The notes under the pieces were generated by a model. That model made no database searches and was not told the DNA's origin. It saw only the letters and a list, made by a program, of their open reading frames with translations. A stretch of DNA of 63,840 bases, counting the filler, from Dimargaris cristalligena (lineage: Eukaryota), in the NCBI GenBank assembly GCA_003614675.1. It is 3 parts of 3 records of this genome, joined end to end, with 100 filler letters (N's around TTAATTAATTAA, not from the genome) between each part and the next. Parts side by side here need not be neighbours in the genome. Positions count along the whole stretch, not along the records: positions 44,168 to 63,840 come from ML002718.1; 2 more parts are not named here. One strand, 5' to 3'. Made by a program: the position numbers and the translations under genes. This document shows, in pieces, positions 49,240 to 62,420 of this stretch. Position 1 is the first letter of the stretch; every line of letters starts with the position of its first letter.

Positions 49240-49912
49240 AACATAACTATTGAAAAGATACTTGAACTAATATGTTGGCCCTCCTTATCCTTTATTAGTT
49301 AGTACTACACCCCATCCTAATGATAGTAGCCCACTTAGCTGAGTCTAAGCCCTACCTACTGTTAGAAGTCTATCCTCAGGACTCTTGATGGACTAAGAGT
49401 GGTTAACCCAGGTGACATAATAATTAGCTAAGGCTAAAGTTATACCTATTGGTATAACAAAAATAAGGATGTAAAACTTCCAATAGGTTAATGGAATAGC
49501 TGATACTTATTAATAGAGTATAATAGGGGTATAAATGTAAACTTGGGATAATAATACAATTTATAAAAGGAAAACCCAGGCTAACAGTATTAATTCTTTA
49601 ACTAATCACCTAATTGTAGGTAGTGGTTTCAATTAAAGGAAAAAATAAATGGAGATAATGCCAATACTACTATAGTAGTTTAGCTATATTATAACAGATT
49701 TGTGATGAAGTCACTGGCTTGTACCACTGCCAGTTTACCATCACAGCCACAAGCTTACTATTTACCATCAGTTCATAATTTACTACCTATTAGCATTCTA
49801 CTATCACTTTGCAATTTACCTCAAGTTCCCATTATTTAATAAACTAATTAATCCTAAATATAGATAGCCTCTGATTATAATCAGGAATGGCTATTACAAG
49901 TTTCTAACTATA

Positions 49913-50048
49913 TGGGAGAGGTTCAACCAGGCTGTATAGTGAAAAATCCATTGGATAAGGTACAAATTACTGGTTCAAAATGAATATCCTGCCTATTTTC
50001 CCATACATATCATTTAAAACCTTGTACAGCTGGGTCGCATTTCACCCA
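49913..50048. mobile_element. MITE copy 6
   Basis: ATAT-GGGAGAGGTTCAACCAGGCTGTATA...TGTACAGCTGGGTCGCATTTCACCC-ATAT. Confidence 0.85.
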
Positions 50049-51710
50049 TATAAATACTAATGATTTTGCACCTTCCTGAATTCGGTAACCAGTTTTGTCT
50101 TCCTTGTATTTTTCTATTAAATTCTTTACCTCTGATTTCCGTCAATTATCTACCATTTTCACTAGACTATTTACGTCTTTGCCAAATACTATCATAAATT
50201 AGTTAGCTGGAATTATGGTCTAATACTAAGTAATAGAAAATAACATGACCAATGGAAGTGATATCTGTTAGACCAGGGGCAGCAGCATCACTGAAGAATG
50301 GGGATGACTCACAGTCCTCTCAAATAAGGGCTACGGAGATGTAATATCCCTACAATCCTAGCAATAGCAAAATTATATTACCTGTTTTTATATGATGATT
50401 ATCACATTTGCCTGACATTTTATGTCAACTAGATTGCCAGGCCCTCGTCCTTTTTGAAACCCTGCATTAATTATATATTGGAGGTGATTTCCAAGGTATG
50501 TCCAATTCGGGGGACGGCGCCTATATCATATTCCATTAGATGTTTGAAATTGGATTAGTGATCCGTCTCAAGATATATTGATGGTTATTCGTGGCCAACT
50601 TTTCTGGGTTTATTTACTGAACGTTAGAAAACGATCCCCTTAATATAATAAAAGTATATCACAACCAACCTTACATCTGTACTGCTGCATAGCGCAGGTT
50701 TGAGGGAAGCCTACTTTTATCAATTCCTTATCGGGTCTATCAAAAACCTAGACTATTACCATTTATATTTTTGAAAACCGAAAACGAGCGCCAACACTGA
50801 ACTCGTAGCCTAGAACTAGTCATCATCTCTGAAACCATGAGAGAAGGTGGTATTTTCTAGGCTATGAGGTCATAAAGTGTTGAAGGAGAATGGTCGAGAC
50901 GGGAGAAATCATCGTCAACGACCGTTCGGCGCCTGTTGCGATCATTCCACCTTAGTTTTGCATTTCGGGTATAAATACCCGCCTTTTTTTTACCCCCCAT
51001 TTCGGGGAGAAATGCAGAGCGACCCACAGAAAATACGAATTAGTTATATCACCGATTCTACTACACTTATTTTTTAAAAAATAAGTATTATTTTATAAAA
51101 GCCATCCATCAATTTTATTATGCGGCCGTCGAATAGCGAATGAAAAGTAGCCATGATCCTTGAGCTCGAATTATTTTATTTTTATTTTTTTCATTTAATT
51201 TAAAAACATGTTCCGATCGAAACGCCCATACACTGGGAGCCCGGAGGTGTCTCCTCCGCCCTCTCCATCCCGTCCCCGCTCTCCCCTTGAGCGGCTGTTT
51301 CCGGCCTCCTCTTCTTCGCGGTCCGGTGCCCTTCAACCCGGCAGGGTCACGCCGAACCCTCCCGGATCCCCGAGTCGTGATGCTACACGTCTAAGCCCCA
51401 CGTGATTCACAAATATATTATTAGTTCAAGTTTATTATGCATATATTTGATGCCTAAAATAGGGCGCAACTGACTTACTAAAATATGGCATAGTTATTTA
51501 CTATACCATTGGAAGGCCATAGAAAAATAGAAAATAGTAGATAGCATCATAGAGGTATATAATAGTAAGTGATGTCGCTTCTATTATTTAGGGAAGATAG
51601 GCAGATGTAGGTTGGTTTTCCGATACTGACCACGTTTCCCATTACAAGGCACCCTTATCGTTGCATTGAATGGGTCTATCGTATGGCGGGAGAGATTTTG
51701 AGCCAGTGGG

Positions 51711-52301
51711 CTAAGCGATAGGCTCTTGTTGTACTGTGACTCTGTCGTAGTGGTTGGTAGCCTCAGGGAGGGGCAGCGATTCGAGCGCAGCTGGTGCAGT
51801 AGGAGTCTTACCGGAGGCGGTAGAGTTCAATTGGCGATAGAAAGACACAAGTGCCATGTAAAAATAAATTTCAAAGATAATGGCCAAACTCAATATCAAC
51901 CATATGATAATCATAGCAGTCTTAAAATTATGGGGACAATAGCCGGCGGTCCAATGTTCAAACGAGCCCAGGAAGGTGGCAGAGCAGGCCCTTTCGGTAT
52001 TCCCGCGATTGTTGAATGCAATGGCAAACATAACTAAGAATATGGCATATAATAGGATAAGAATAGTTTGCCAAACGACCATTACCATGACGCACCGTCG
52101 ATGGTAGTTAATAATGCCATAGCAGCCGGTAATCGTAAGCGCCAGCTCGCAACAGATTATCACTATGGCCAAGATTTGTCCCCGAAAAATATATTTAAAA
52201 AGGGATACAGTCTGATACGCCATTACAAAAGTCGTTATGATGATAAGGGCAATGCGCAAATCAAAAAGGCCGAAAAAACGGCGGACAGGATAAATTCCCA
52301 T
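51711..52301 (-). CDS. four-transmembrane protein of unknown function
   Basis: Four hydrophobic segments, with two Cys in the loop between TM3 and TM4. First ATG at 52301. Confidence 0.75.
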   Translation of the reverse strand: MGIYPVRRFFGLFDLRIALIIITTFVMAYQTVSLFKYIFRGQILAIVIICCELALTITGCYGIINYHRRCVMVMVVWQTILILLYAIFLVMFAIAFNNRGNTERACSATFLGSFEHWTAGYCPHNFKTAMIIIWLILSLAIIFEIYFYMALVSFYRQLNSTASGKTPTAPAALESLPLPEATNHYDRVTVQQEPIA

Positions 52302-55300
52302 AGTGGTCAACAAAAATGAAGTTAATAGTAGCAGTGCCCGGCAGAGGGAATGGTTAGGTAAAAGTATTGTGGTTAAAGTATAAAAACAACGAAAGTAACT
52401 TAGGTTATGGCAAAGGGTAGCAGATAGAGCTGGAATGTAAAGTATGGGCGACCGCTAAAGTGGAATGAATTGGAGGCTTTGGTTAGGGATTACTTAAGTG
52501 GAGGAGAAGGGCTATCTGCGATCCCTGCGGTATTTATAGAGGATTATAAATCTTCCTTCCATACCCGTTAGTACTATAATCAAGGGTGTGGACGATACAC
52601 CCCTTGTAGCTGGTAAGTCGCACAAGGGACTTGGCAACCCATAGCAATTTGCTTTTGAGGCTCGACCGGACCCACTCGCTGGAATGGATGTTCCAGGGTA
52701 TCAGCGACTTGTGAGGCCCCTTCCTCTTCCCGATGTACTACATTAGGTAGCGTCCCTCCGTTATTCGCTGGGTGGCTCTACCAATACACTGCATCTATAC
52801 GACCTACTCTTCAATAATTATTTTTCGCCATTCCTATTTCCGCCTCCTTTTTCGTTTCAACGTGAATATTAGTGTCAGGACAAATATAATGTTGGGCAAG
52901 TGTGAGACAAAAACGCCTTGGCAACCCTCGCCAGTCACCTAAACCCTCCCATTCCCATTGGTATGACGGAGGTCTGACGAGGAGCAGCCGGTGTGTCGAT
53001 TAGAGCATCCATTCCATTTCCATCGCAAACCCCTTAGATTACTGGTAAATAAAAAAATATTACCTACATGTTGTATAGTTATTAATGCCCTAAGTAAGTT
53101 AGAACGTAGCCTTACCATTGAAGGTAAATAATAATAATAGTCGTGTTTAAATACTCGTATATTACCAAAGGAATTATTAATAAAGCCATCCCGATGAAGG
53201 ATGTTAGGCCAAAAGGGACCTCTCAACGGCAAAGATAGTTGTCTTTGATAATAGATACTCTAGCCACATTGGGCCGCCAAGACTTTGATGGTCCCATTTC
53301 TTACGTGCCAAAACACTCGTATTTAGTTAACAGTCGTTCTGGGATATTAAGCCCTTTTCTCTGACGAGCTGGCGTGACCAAGCCTTGGCGCTCCTGTTGT
53401 CACACCATATGAGACTCTCTCCAGCTTACCTGGGAATCCCCGTCCTCATTACCTCAATTAGATATAACTGGTCAACCCCCGCTTAATGTTCGCCTTCCCC
53501 TCAACTCCCACTCCACTTTTGACATAGCCCAACTTAATACCTAACCAGTAATTGTTCAACTTTCGTAAGAGGGGGTGGGATAAAATAGGCTAAAGCTGAC
53601 CTTCATCCTGGAGAAATTCGAGGGTTTCAATTGCAATTAAAAATATGCAAAGTTGGTATCGGCCGTCAATAATAGCCGGACTCCATAGTTTATCGATCGC
53701 CATTGTATATATAGTGTTAAAAATGACGAAATATCTGTTAACAATGTATAGCTGTCATGTTGGATCATACTAATAGGCCCGATTTATGCGATGTTTATCA
53801 AGGAATATCCGGTCAATCTTAGGACATGGGCGTGGGCTTGGCCAATCTCCCGTTAAACCGAGCTACCACTGGAGACGATTTGTAGTTACACAATAAGGCT
53901 TTTATATCATTAGTGCCATGTTCCCCTCAGTTTCTTTTATGTATGCAAGCCGTTCAGTTTGCATTACTAAATTCTGTAATGTTTAGGAAATCTAACTCAT
54001 AACAGAGTCCTGGACCTGGGATGCACATGATTCTATATTGGGGATTTAAGTTGTAAAGTCCTGCATATTTAATAGGTAGCGGAAGCCACTTTGGATTGCA
54101 CATGACGCCAGACTCGTAATTCCCAAAGATTCCATAAAGACCACAGAGAATGGCAAGTTAATTAATTGCTCATTGAACAATTCGCCCATGTACTCGCGGT
54201 TGCTATATAATGGAGATAGTGGTACCGACATTCATTTAGGAGAGGTTCAGCCCAACCATATAACGGAAAATATATTGGATATAGCCAGCGTTGCTGGCTA
54301 TAAATAGACCATCCGTACAGCTTAATGATAGATATTTTATTGAAAGCCCCTCCTATACAGTGTGGTTATGTGTTTCACGTATAAATGAGAGTAAAGCCGA
54401 TACCAATCGAATGGCGCAAGAAGAGCCCCCAAGGATAAGATACCTACGGTGGCTGAGACAGAGAAGCGGGTGGGTGGTGGCGGTGGTAATATATAGGAGT
54501 AAACAATAATACAGTAGGTAATACTTAAGTTGCAGAGATACATTCATTTAATCACGTATTTACCTCCCTGGTGTCCCTGGGCCAGAGTCCACATGGTCCC
54601 TCCCTAATGGAGGACTCAAGTTTAACGATTTTAATATAGCTCAGTAAAAGGGGTAGCAATTAATCTTCTGGCTGCAGCCCTCTGTATTTGCCACTTGGGT
54701 CGACCCATCGGTGACACAAAATCACTGAACTTACTAGTTGTGTCTCCACTCTACCGTCCGTAGGGTTTCATCAATGTCCGGTTTTTCGGCTGGTCCAATC
54801 TAGCCATGTAAGCCAGGTTGTGGGTGATTTCGGGTGCTGGCTCTAGACTCTTCTAATGCCTAGTGGTTTTTGGGAAGTGGACGCCGAGGAGGGGCGGAAA
54901 CCTATTGGCACAATAATAGTGGACGAGGGAAGCTATGCCAATTGAGCTGCACACACATATACTCGGTTAACCGGTTTGTCCTATACTTAGCGCTTGAAAG
55001 TTGGACAGGATTGGACGGGACTATATAGTGTTTCCAGTCGCTCTATAGTCATTATGCTGATGCTATTTTATTTATATATATATATATATTGAAGGGGGGA
55101 GGGATTGAATACAAAACTGCCCGAAAACTCATCGGCTATAATGAAACTGTGATGGTCCTCTTAACCGCTAATGCGCCAAGTATAGTGTGGTCACTCAGAA
55201 GGTGGACGGGTGTGGATACCAGTCCCCCCTCTTCTACGCAATTTATATACCCACCAGTATCTGCGTATGCTTGCCCATCTTTGTACCCACATCAGTCGGT

Positions 55301-55865
55301 TTTCCTTGGTAGTGATTGTATACAGCAAATGGCTCAATGGGACGGTTTTCATGGGAGCTCGTTTTCGGTATTCTTTAGCCATACAATGTCAGGATCCAAC
55401 TATCCATTAGACCTGTCTGGCCCTATTTGGATACAGTATACCAGGGCAGGGTGGGGTTAGTCAGGTAAGGCCACTCCTCGGCTGGCATCAATCAGACCAG
55501 ATTTATGAATCACATTTAATATATATTTATTAATTAATCCAGGATAGACGATTGCCAACGATATTGCTCTAGTATGAAGCTCATCCTTGGGACACTACAA
55601 AACTACATCGTTCTAAATTAACTAAAATTTCTTATATTTATGGAAATGAATTGTTTAAGGCAGTGGATAATTAATTATGGGCTATATTGAAAACCACAGC
55701 AATAGTAGCTAAGAGATGCTGGAAAGAGGGTAGCGAGGAATAATGCCCGAGTTTTTACATGCTTATTAGCCGACGGCTATTGAATATACTGTAGTATATA
55801 CCCATAGTAGTGTGCCTCATCGCTATGGGGGCAAAATGACTTGACTCTTACGACATTGCAGCAAT

Positions 55866-57371
55866 TTAAAGCCGTTTATTCCGGGCCTCCCGGGTTAGCC
55901 GGACCCGCTCAGCCTCGCCATCGATAGAGCCCATTTTGCCGCTTTGGAAATCCCTAATAGCCTTCATGATTTCTTCTTCCGTGTTCATCACAAAGGGTCC
56001 GTAGCGAGCCACCTGAAGATTGAGAGTTCAGAAAATGAAATAATCGATCCATAAATATCTACAAGTTAGTAAGCAGGGTCGGGGAAGGTATAGGTCCAGC
56101 ATTGTAGCAACCTGTTAACAGGCGTCATATTAAGGAAAGCAGTTCTCTCTCAATACACCGTCCCTCTTTCGGCTACAATGAGCGGGTTTTCGGGCCAATA
56201 ATTATAGCAATACTGGGGTGTAATTCGGCCGCAAGCGAAGCCTTATTATTGTTATGATGACTATGCCTATGATTATAATTATGTTTAGCTTACTTCTTCA
56301 TGGATAGGCTCGCCGGCCACCACCAAGAACCGAGATTCTTTGCTAGGGTCCTGCAACGAGAAAGTCACGGGCACTTCGTCGGACGAATCGGCCGACGCCT
56401 GGGCCTTGGCCAAGTAGTCGGGGTTCAGCACTCCCATGTAGAACTGGCGAATGGGGGTGGCCTCAGGGCCGACCAAGACCACTCCGTCACCACCGTACGC
56501 GTAGACAAAGCCCTGGAACTGACGCGATAAGTTGAGACTGAAGGGTTTGGCACCGGGAAGCAGGCGAATGTCGTAGAAAACGACGGGAAACCGAGTTTCA
56601 ATGGGACCGGTCACACCCTCAGCGCGGCCGGCGATGACCTTGAGTTGGACGGATGGGTTGTCTTTGACGGTGATCAGTGGGATTTTGTCGGCCGGGGTAT
56701 CCTAAGAGCCGTAAGAAATGTCATTATAGGATAAATATATATATATATATATAAAGAGCATCCCATCGGGATAATAAATTGTATGAATAGTCTGCGCTCA
56801 TTTAGAGTAAGGAACTGGGGCAGTTTCACCGGAGCCTTAAGCCAGTGACGGTCAAATCATGGTTTAATCCATAACTCCGCCAATTCATCATTAAAGGGGG
56901 AGGAGAGGGTGTGAGATTAAAATATAGCCCGTGCATACTTACCTGATACCGCGGGGGACTCATCTTATCTTTTGCCGGCAAATTTACCCATAGCTGAAAC
57001 CCCTCCAGCGTACCCCCGTTTTTCCGAATGTCGTCGTTGGGCATTTCGCTGTGCACAACGCCACTCCCGGCGGTCATCCACTGCACCCAACCGTCGGTCA
57101 AGTTACCGCAATTGCCATGGCTGTCCAAGTGCTGTAGGCCGCCTTTGAGAATGTAAGTGACGGTTTCGAAACCGCGGTGCGGGTGGTCGGGGGCGCCGAG
57201 GGCTTCGCCCGGCCCGTAGGTCATGGGCCCCATGTGGTCGAGCATGAGGAAGGGGTCGAGTTCGCTGAGTTCACGTCCGCCAAGGGCCCGGTGGACCAAG
57301 AAACCGCCACCTTCGGTTTGCGACCGAGCGAAAACGATTCGGGCAATGGCTTTGAGTGCTGACGAGGCCAT
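55866..57371 (-). CDS. pirin family protein (exons 57371-56943, 56701-56294, 56012-55866)
   Basis: [50 protein letters not shown]. Both GT-AG introns are phase 0. Confidence 0.95.
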
Positions 57372-58321
57372 GTCGGGGTGCGAATGTGTGTTGTGAAGAC
57401 AATGTGGGTGGGCGAGTGGTAGGGGTGATACAAAGTAGGAGCGGGGGCTTTAGTCAATAGGAAAGCAGAATATAAGATACTCAAGTAGAAAGGGCCAAAA
57501 AGTGGTGGTGTAAGAAGATAATGGGAGGATCTAAGAACCAGGTCAGTAGTGGGTATGGATTGAATGAAACCTTGATATCGAGGCGGACTGATTGTGGAGT
57601 ATTTATAGGGAAGAGGAGTTGTGAGGTGTGTGCTTACAAAAGGAGCAATTTGTCATCCTCTGAGCTTGATTTAGTAATATACAATTTAAAGGGACTCACT
57701 ATTAAAGATGGCGGGTAGATTTCATTACTAATCGCCAACCCCCTTGAACTTTGGGACTGTAAGTTCCCGTGTAGCTCATTAACAGTCCAATTCAATATCA
57801 CTTCCCCGTGGTGTTTTGTATGACAGGTTCAATCTCATTCAATTCCCCCATAGTACCTGGGAACGGCTGCCCACTGGCTGAAGTAAATGTCAGCAGCTCT
57901 CACTGCAAATAGTAAACCTTAGCAACTTCATTTCTCCTTGCCAATCCCGGTCATTGGCAAGGCATCACCATTAGTAATACCAGCCAAAAGATCGGTAGCG
58001 GTAGCAGGCCCTCCTCCTCCTCACAAGCGTGGATTATAATAAGCCCCCACGACTGCTTATTGGTTGGGACTTCACTTTTAGAAATCACTTATTAAATAGT
58101 ACCATGCATTGGCTTTAGTCATGATATCCGCATTGCTTACTTATTCAACGGATATGGCGGTGGTAGTCGTAGTAGCAGTTAAAGAGAACTGGCATGCATA
58201 AGCCCGGGTGGGACCCCCCCTCCTCTTGTAACAAAACTATACCCCTAAGAGAGCACATTATACAACTTACATTATTTTATCCATTTAGCTGATTATACCT
58301 CTCCCCTCCACTAATACAGCC

Positions 58322-58672
58322 ATGCTTCGCCACTTTAGACCGCTGCGGCGCACCGTCACCTCGCCCCACCCAACCACCACCAGCACCGGGTTCCTTCGTT
58401 CTTACTCGTCCGATTTCCAGCGACGGGTCGGTCCCATTCCCCTAGGCAACCGCGCCGAACAACAGGCCTTTGACGAAGCCGTGCAAAAGCACGAAATCTC
58501 CCCCGACGACCCCCAGGCAGACCTTCCCGCCAACCCGGCCGTGATTACCGAACCCCTCGAGGCATTTGAGAATGACGTGAATCCAACCACCGGTGAGCGA
58601 GGTGGCCCAAGGGGCCCTGAACCCACGCGGTACGGCGACTGGGAACGTAATGGCCGGGTATATGATTTTTAA
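58322..58672 (+). CDS. SDHAF4: succinate dehydrogenase assembly factor 4 (Sdh8), mitochondrial
   Basis: Arg/Ser/Thr-rich presequence; C-terminal [27 protein letters not shown]. Confidence 0.93.
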   Translation: MLRHFRPLRRTVTSPHPTTTSTGFLRSYSSDFQRRVGPIPLGNRAEQQAFDEAVQKHEISPDDPQADLPANPAVITEPLEAFENDVNPTTGERGGPRGPEPTRYGDWERNGRVYDF

Positions 58673-59184
58673 CCCCAGGAAATATATAGAGAAAGGGTGC
58701 AGACGAGGCCTTCTCAATAAATATTATTGTGTATAAAAATAGGAGATATTCTGGCAGTCTAACATTTTTTTTTTTTTTGAATCCAGTATACATCCTTTTA
58801 ACCATGCAGTATGGATCCGGTATAGTGTGGACCAGCTGTTGAATTATAGCTAGGCATTCGAGGGCTCAATCGGGCATTGACATACAATCTACATTATCAG
58901 CAGTAGCGAACCATTGTTATTAAAGCACGTAGATATAGATATGATGAAACAAGCCAAGTGATTATGGTAAATTGACAAAACGAGGGGAGAGCGAAAAATA
59001 AAAAGAGAGTGGTGCTGGGAAAGGAAGGAGTAGAGAGAGCCCAAAGGCCAGATAAACAGTAGGCATAGGCCCGTCGCAATATGGCATTTTGCCTGGTCCT
59101 TCGATAGGCCTACTGCCACTCTGATATGCACATAGAACTAGAATAACAACAATACGCCTACTTCTCCTTTCCCTTCACCATATA

Positions 59185-61230
59185 TTAGTAAATATTCATT
59201 AGCCGATTAAAGTTTTCGGCGATGTTCCGTAAGCCACGGAATGGACTACTCGATTCCTTCGCGAAATCCTCGGGGTATTCCTGTGACGTTTTCAGGTGTT
59301 CTTTCCAGGACTGCACCTCAGTGTCCGACAGGGGGGAAAATTGGATAGGATTATTGCTATTCGACCCGTTATTCCGCTCGTAGAGTACCGACTCGCTGGA
59401 AGAAAGTTGGGCGCACTGAGTGGCTAGTTTGGTGAAAATGGTGGGTTCATTGTGGTACATGCGAAGGGCCTTTTTGTTGAAGGCATGCTTTTCTTCAATT
59501 GTCTTGAGGGTGGTTTTCCGGAAACATTGTTTGATGTACTGAAGAACGTGGTACACTTGGTGGTGGTCGGGGATCCATTCGGGGATCCGCTGAGCAATGG
59601 AAAATTCTCCCGATAAACCGACCAGCGGATGGAACATATCTGTGAGAAACTCAACCGTGGGGCTGGATTGGGGGTAACTGGGGTGGGTGTATGTGTGGGG
59701 GTTGGGCAGAGAGAAACAAGTTAGATTTTAGATTGGAGATTACCCTGACTAACGATAGTCAGGTTAGCGACACCACAGACACTAACTGACGATAGCGCGT
59801 GAATAGATAGTATAGTGGAGGATACTGAAAATTTTAGAATCTAGGCTAGCAATGATAAAAATGACAGTTATGATATTACTGTACTTACTCTTTGGGAATA
59901 TGAATAACGAATTTGAAAGTACCCCCCTCGTAGGGACCGTGGTGGACAAAAATAACGCCGAACCATTCTGGAGCAAGGGTGAAGAGGGACATTAAATTAA
60001 TAAAATAGTATTTGGCCGAGGATGAGGATGAGTGAGGAGCATATCGTAGGCTAAGATTGCTTCCGTTTTCACTGGCATTATTAAATTGGCAATTCAGTAG
60101 ACCATGGGACTTTATCAATCCAGCCAAGCACAAATGGGCATAGGTGGGTTGCCTTTAGGATAATTGAAGCTCATGTGCAACGAAAGATAAGTATGATGTA
60201 CGCATAGTTTACCTCGGATATCGTCGAATGACGGCATAATGTGGACATTGGGCGGACATAGGTCTAGGTGCATGAGATTATTGCTGAATGGTGACAATAT
60301 CAGGCAGCGGTAGTAGATCGTTGAGTAAATTCATGTATAGCCAGATACGATGCGGGTTAGTAATAATCACTGGGACCCAGGGATTGCGAGTGCGGAGATT
60401 TCCAGAGGTGATGGGATAGGTCCACCATACTAGGGTACAGTGTCTCTGGGGGAGAATAATGCATAAGTAAATAAATGCCCCAATGTCTTACAATTCCACC
60501 ATCAGTTCGTAACGCTGGTACATATGTGTGCCATTCTCAGCGGTCGGCGCTGGCGAATGCATATTATTATTGGTAGTCGGGGTCGACATGAGTGGACTAT
60601 CGTGGCGGTTTCCCTGGGGGGTGTGAGGGGAGTTGCCTACCATAGCTGGTGAACGAGCGGTTGCTACAGAGGCGGACCGGAACAAACCACCGGCGCCACC
60701 CCCTTTTCCCTGCAGTCCCGCCCCCGAGGAAGGTGTGAAAGGGGACGACGGCCCCGCGGAGGATTGTGAGGTGCGGCTTGCCGCCTCCTCACGGAGATTC
60801 ATAAACGACCGCCGAGTGATGGGCGATGGGGAGGGGGTAGAGATACCGCGAAGGTATTGGTTAACGCGGGCGGTATGGCCCGTTTGGTTATCGGGTGTCT
60901 AGAGGAGAGGAGGTGAGAGGGGAAAAGAGGGATGGGTCATACGAATTAGGAGGACGGGCAGGTTAGCGCGTGTGTGTGTGTGTGTGACAGAGTGGAGCTG
61001 AAAAGGCCAGCTGCGTCACCGAAAATAGAAATACAAACGAAGGCAATGGTGGGAGGGGAGGGGGATCTTTTAGGAACTAAAATACGACCAAATTAGCCGA
61101 GCCTGGGCGGACCAGAGTACCCGCACATTCAAGCTCCGACCTCTCCCAGGTGTGCTCATCTGACGGCACTTGAGCGATTCGGGTGGAGAACGGTAAAGCG
61201 CCTTGGCCTAGCAAGAGAACTCACCTCCAT
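59185..61230 (-). CDS. AKTIP: AKTIP/FTS-like inactive UBC-fold protein (exons 61230-61225, 60898-60492, 60283-60213, 59967-59889, 59677-59185)
   Basis: Spliced YELMVEF..VHIMPS..EWFGVIFVHHGPYEGGTFKF..DYP..FHPLV..G; no catalytic Cys. All junctions are GT-AG and in frame. Confidence 0.85.
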
Positions 61231-62420
61231 AACGGAATGGGTCGGCGACCAAACAACGGCGTAACTGAAAGGAGAAAAATAAAAGGACAAAGGGCCGGAT
61301 TAGAGTGAGAGAGAGAGAGAGAGAGAAAGAGAAAGAATGCAAATGAGGAAATTCAACAAATGCGAGTAGTAGTGGCCACTACTTCTTCAAGCCAACTAAG
61401 TAGGGTATATCATACTATAGTGGACGTCCAAACCCAATATAGTGTAATATGCATATAGATTATGCGCACGCATATATACAACAACACAGCCACCGTACAC
61501 CAAGCCCAAAAACAGAGAGAGCAAAGCACCCGCCACTACCCAAGGCCTGTAGTATAGTTATACAATGGAAGTGACAGGAGAGGCAAGCTGAGCTTCCAGC
61601 GCAAATAACATACAACCAGCCCCCCTTTCAATGAGTGGAGGGAAGGCAGGTAGGCAGATAAATAGAGAGAGTGGTCGATTGTTTACTTTGACGTCCCTCT
61701 CTCTGATAGAGATCACAGGGCCAATAGGGGTTGTGGGGCATGTACTACGCAAGCCGAAAACAATAGGGCGATTGACCCTAAATCTACGCTGACATATAGA
61801 TGGGTTATTGGGGCTTCGGGGTTCAATGGAATGTAGGCCACAATAGTCCCCAAAAGACTCCATCTTTCTCTCCTTCAGCTCAGCCGGCTGCCACAAGTTG
61901 CTGAATTGGAAAATGAGGAGGAGGAATAGCCTGCCATTCCATGCATAATATCCCCCCCTTACTCCCCGTCTCTAAATGATGTAGTACGGCCCATAACTGG
62001 TATCTTCCCCTTTTTCTCTTATAACTGTCCCTAAACTAAAAGGCCAAATGAAGCAGCAGGCAATTGGTATTAATAGATTCATTTTTATATTTATATATGA
62101 CGGATGTAGATCTTTTTCTTGATGCAAAAAATAATAATAATATGAATTGACCAAAGAAGAACAAGAGAATCCAGGGATCATTTTGATCTATAATCGCAAA
62201 TCAGTCGCCAGAAAAGTCGAAGCAAAAGGGAGCACTATAGATTACTTTTTGCATAATGTCCCTCCGTTGGAAAGCAATTAAAACGGTAGTAGTGGTGGTG
62301 ATGGTATAGGGGGGAAATAAGGGAAATATATATCTCCTTATTCCTCCCAATACGTAAATCCTAAACCCACGAATGATACGGGCCGCCGCCTCCCTCCCCT
62401 CCCCTCTCCGATGACACTCT

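Noticed and set aside
56080..56230. H/ACA snoRNA in pirin intron 2 (AGAGAA...ACA)
   Set aside because: No convincing second hairpin or target.
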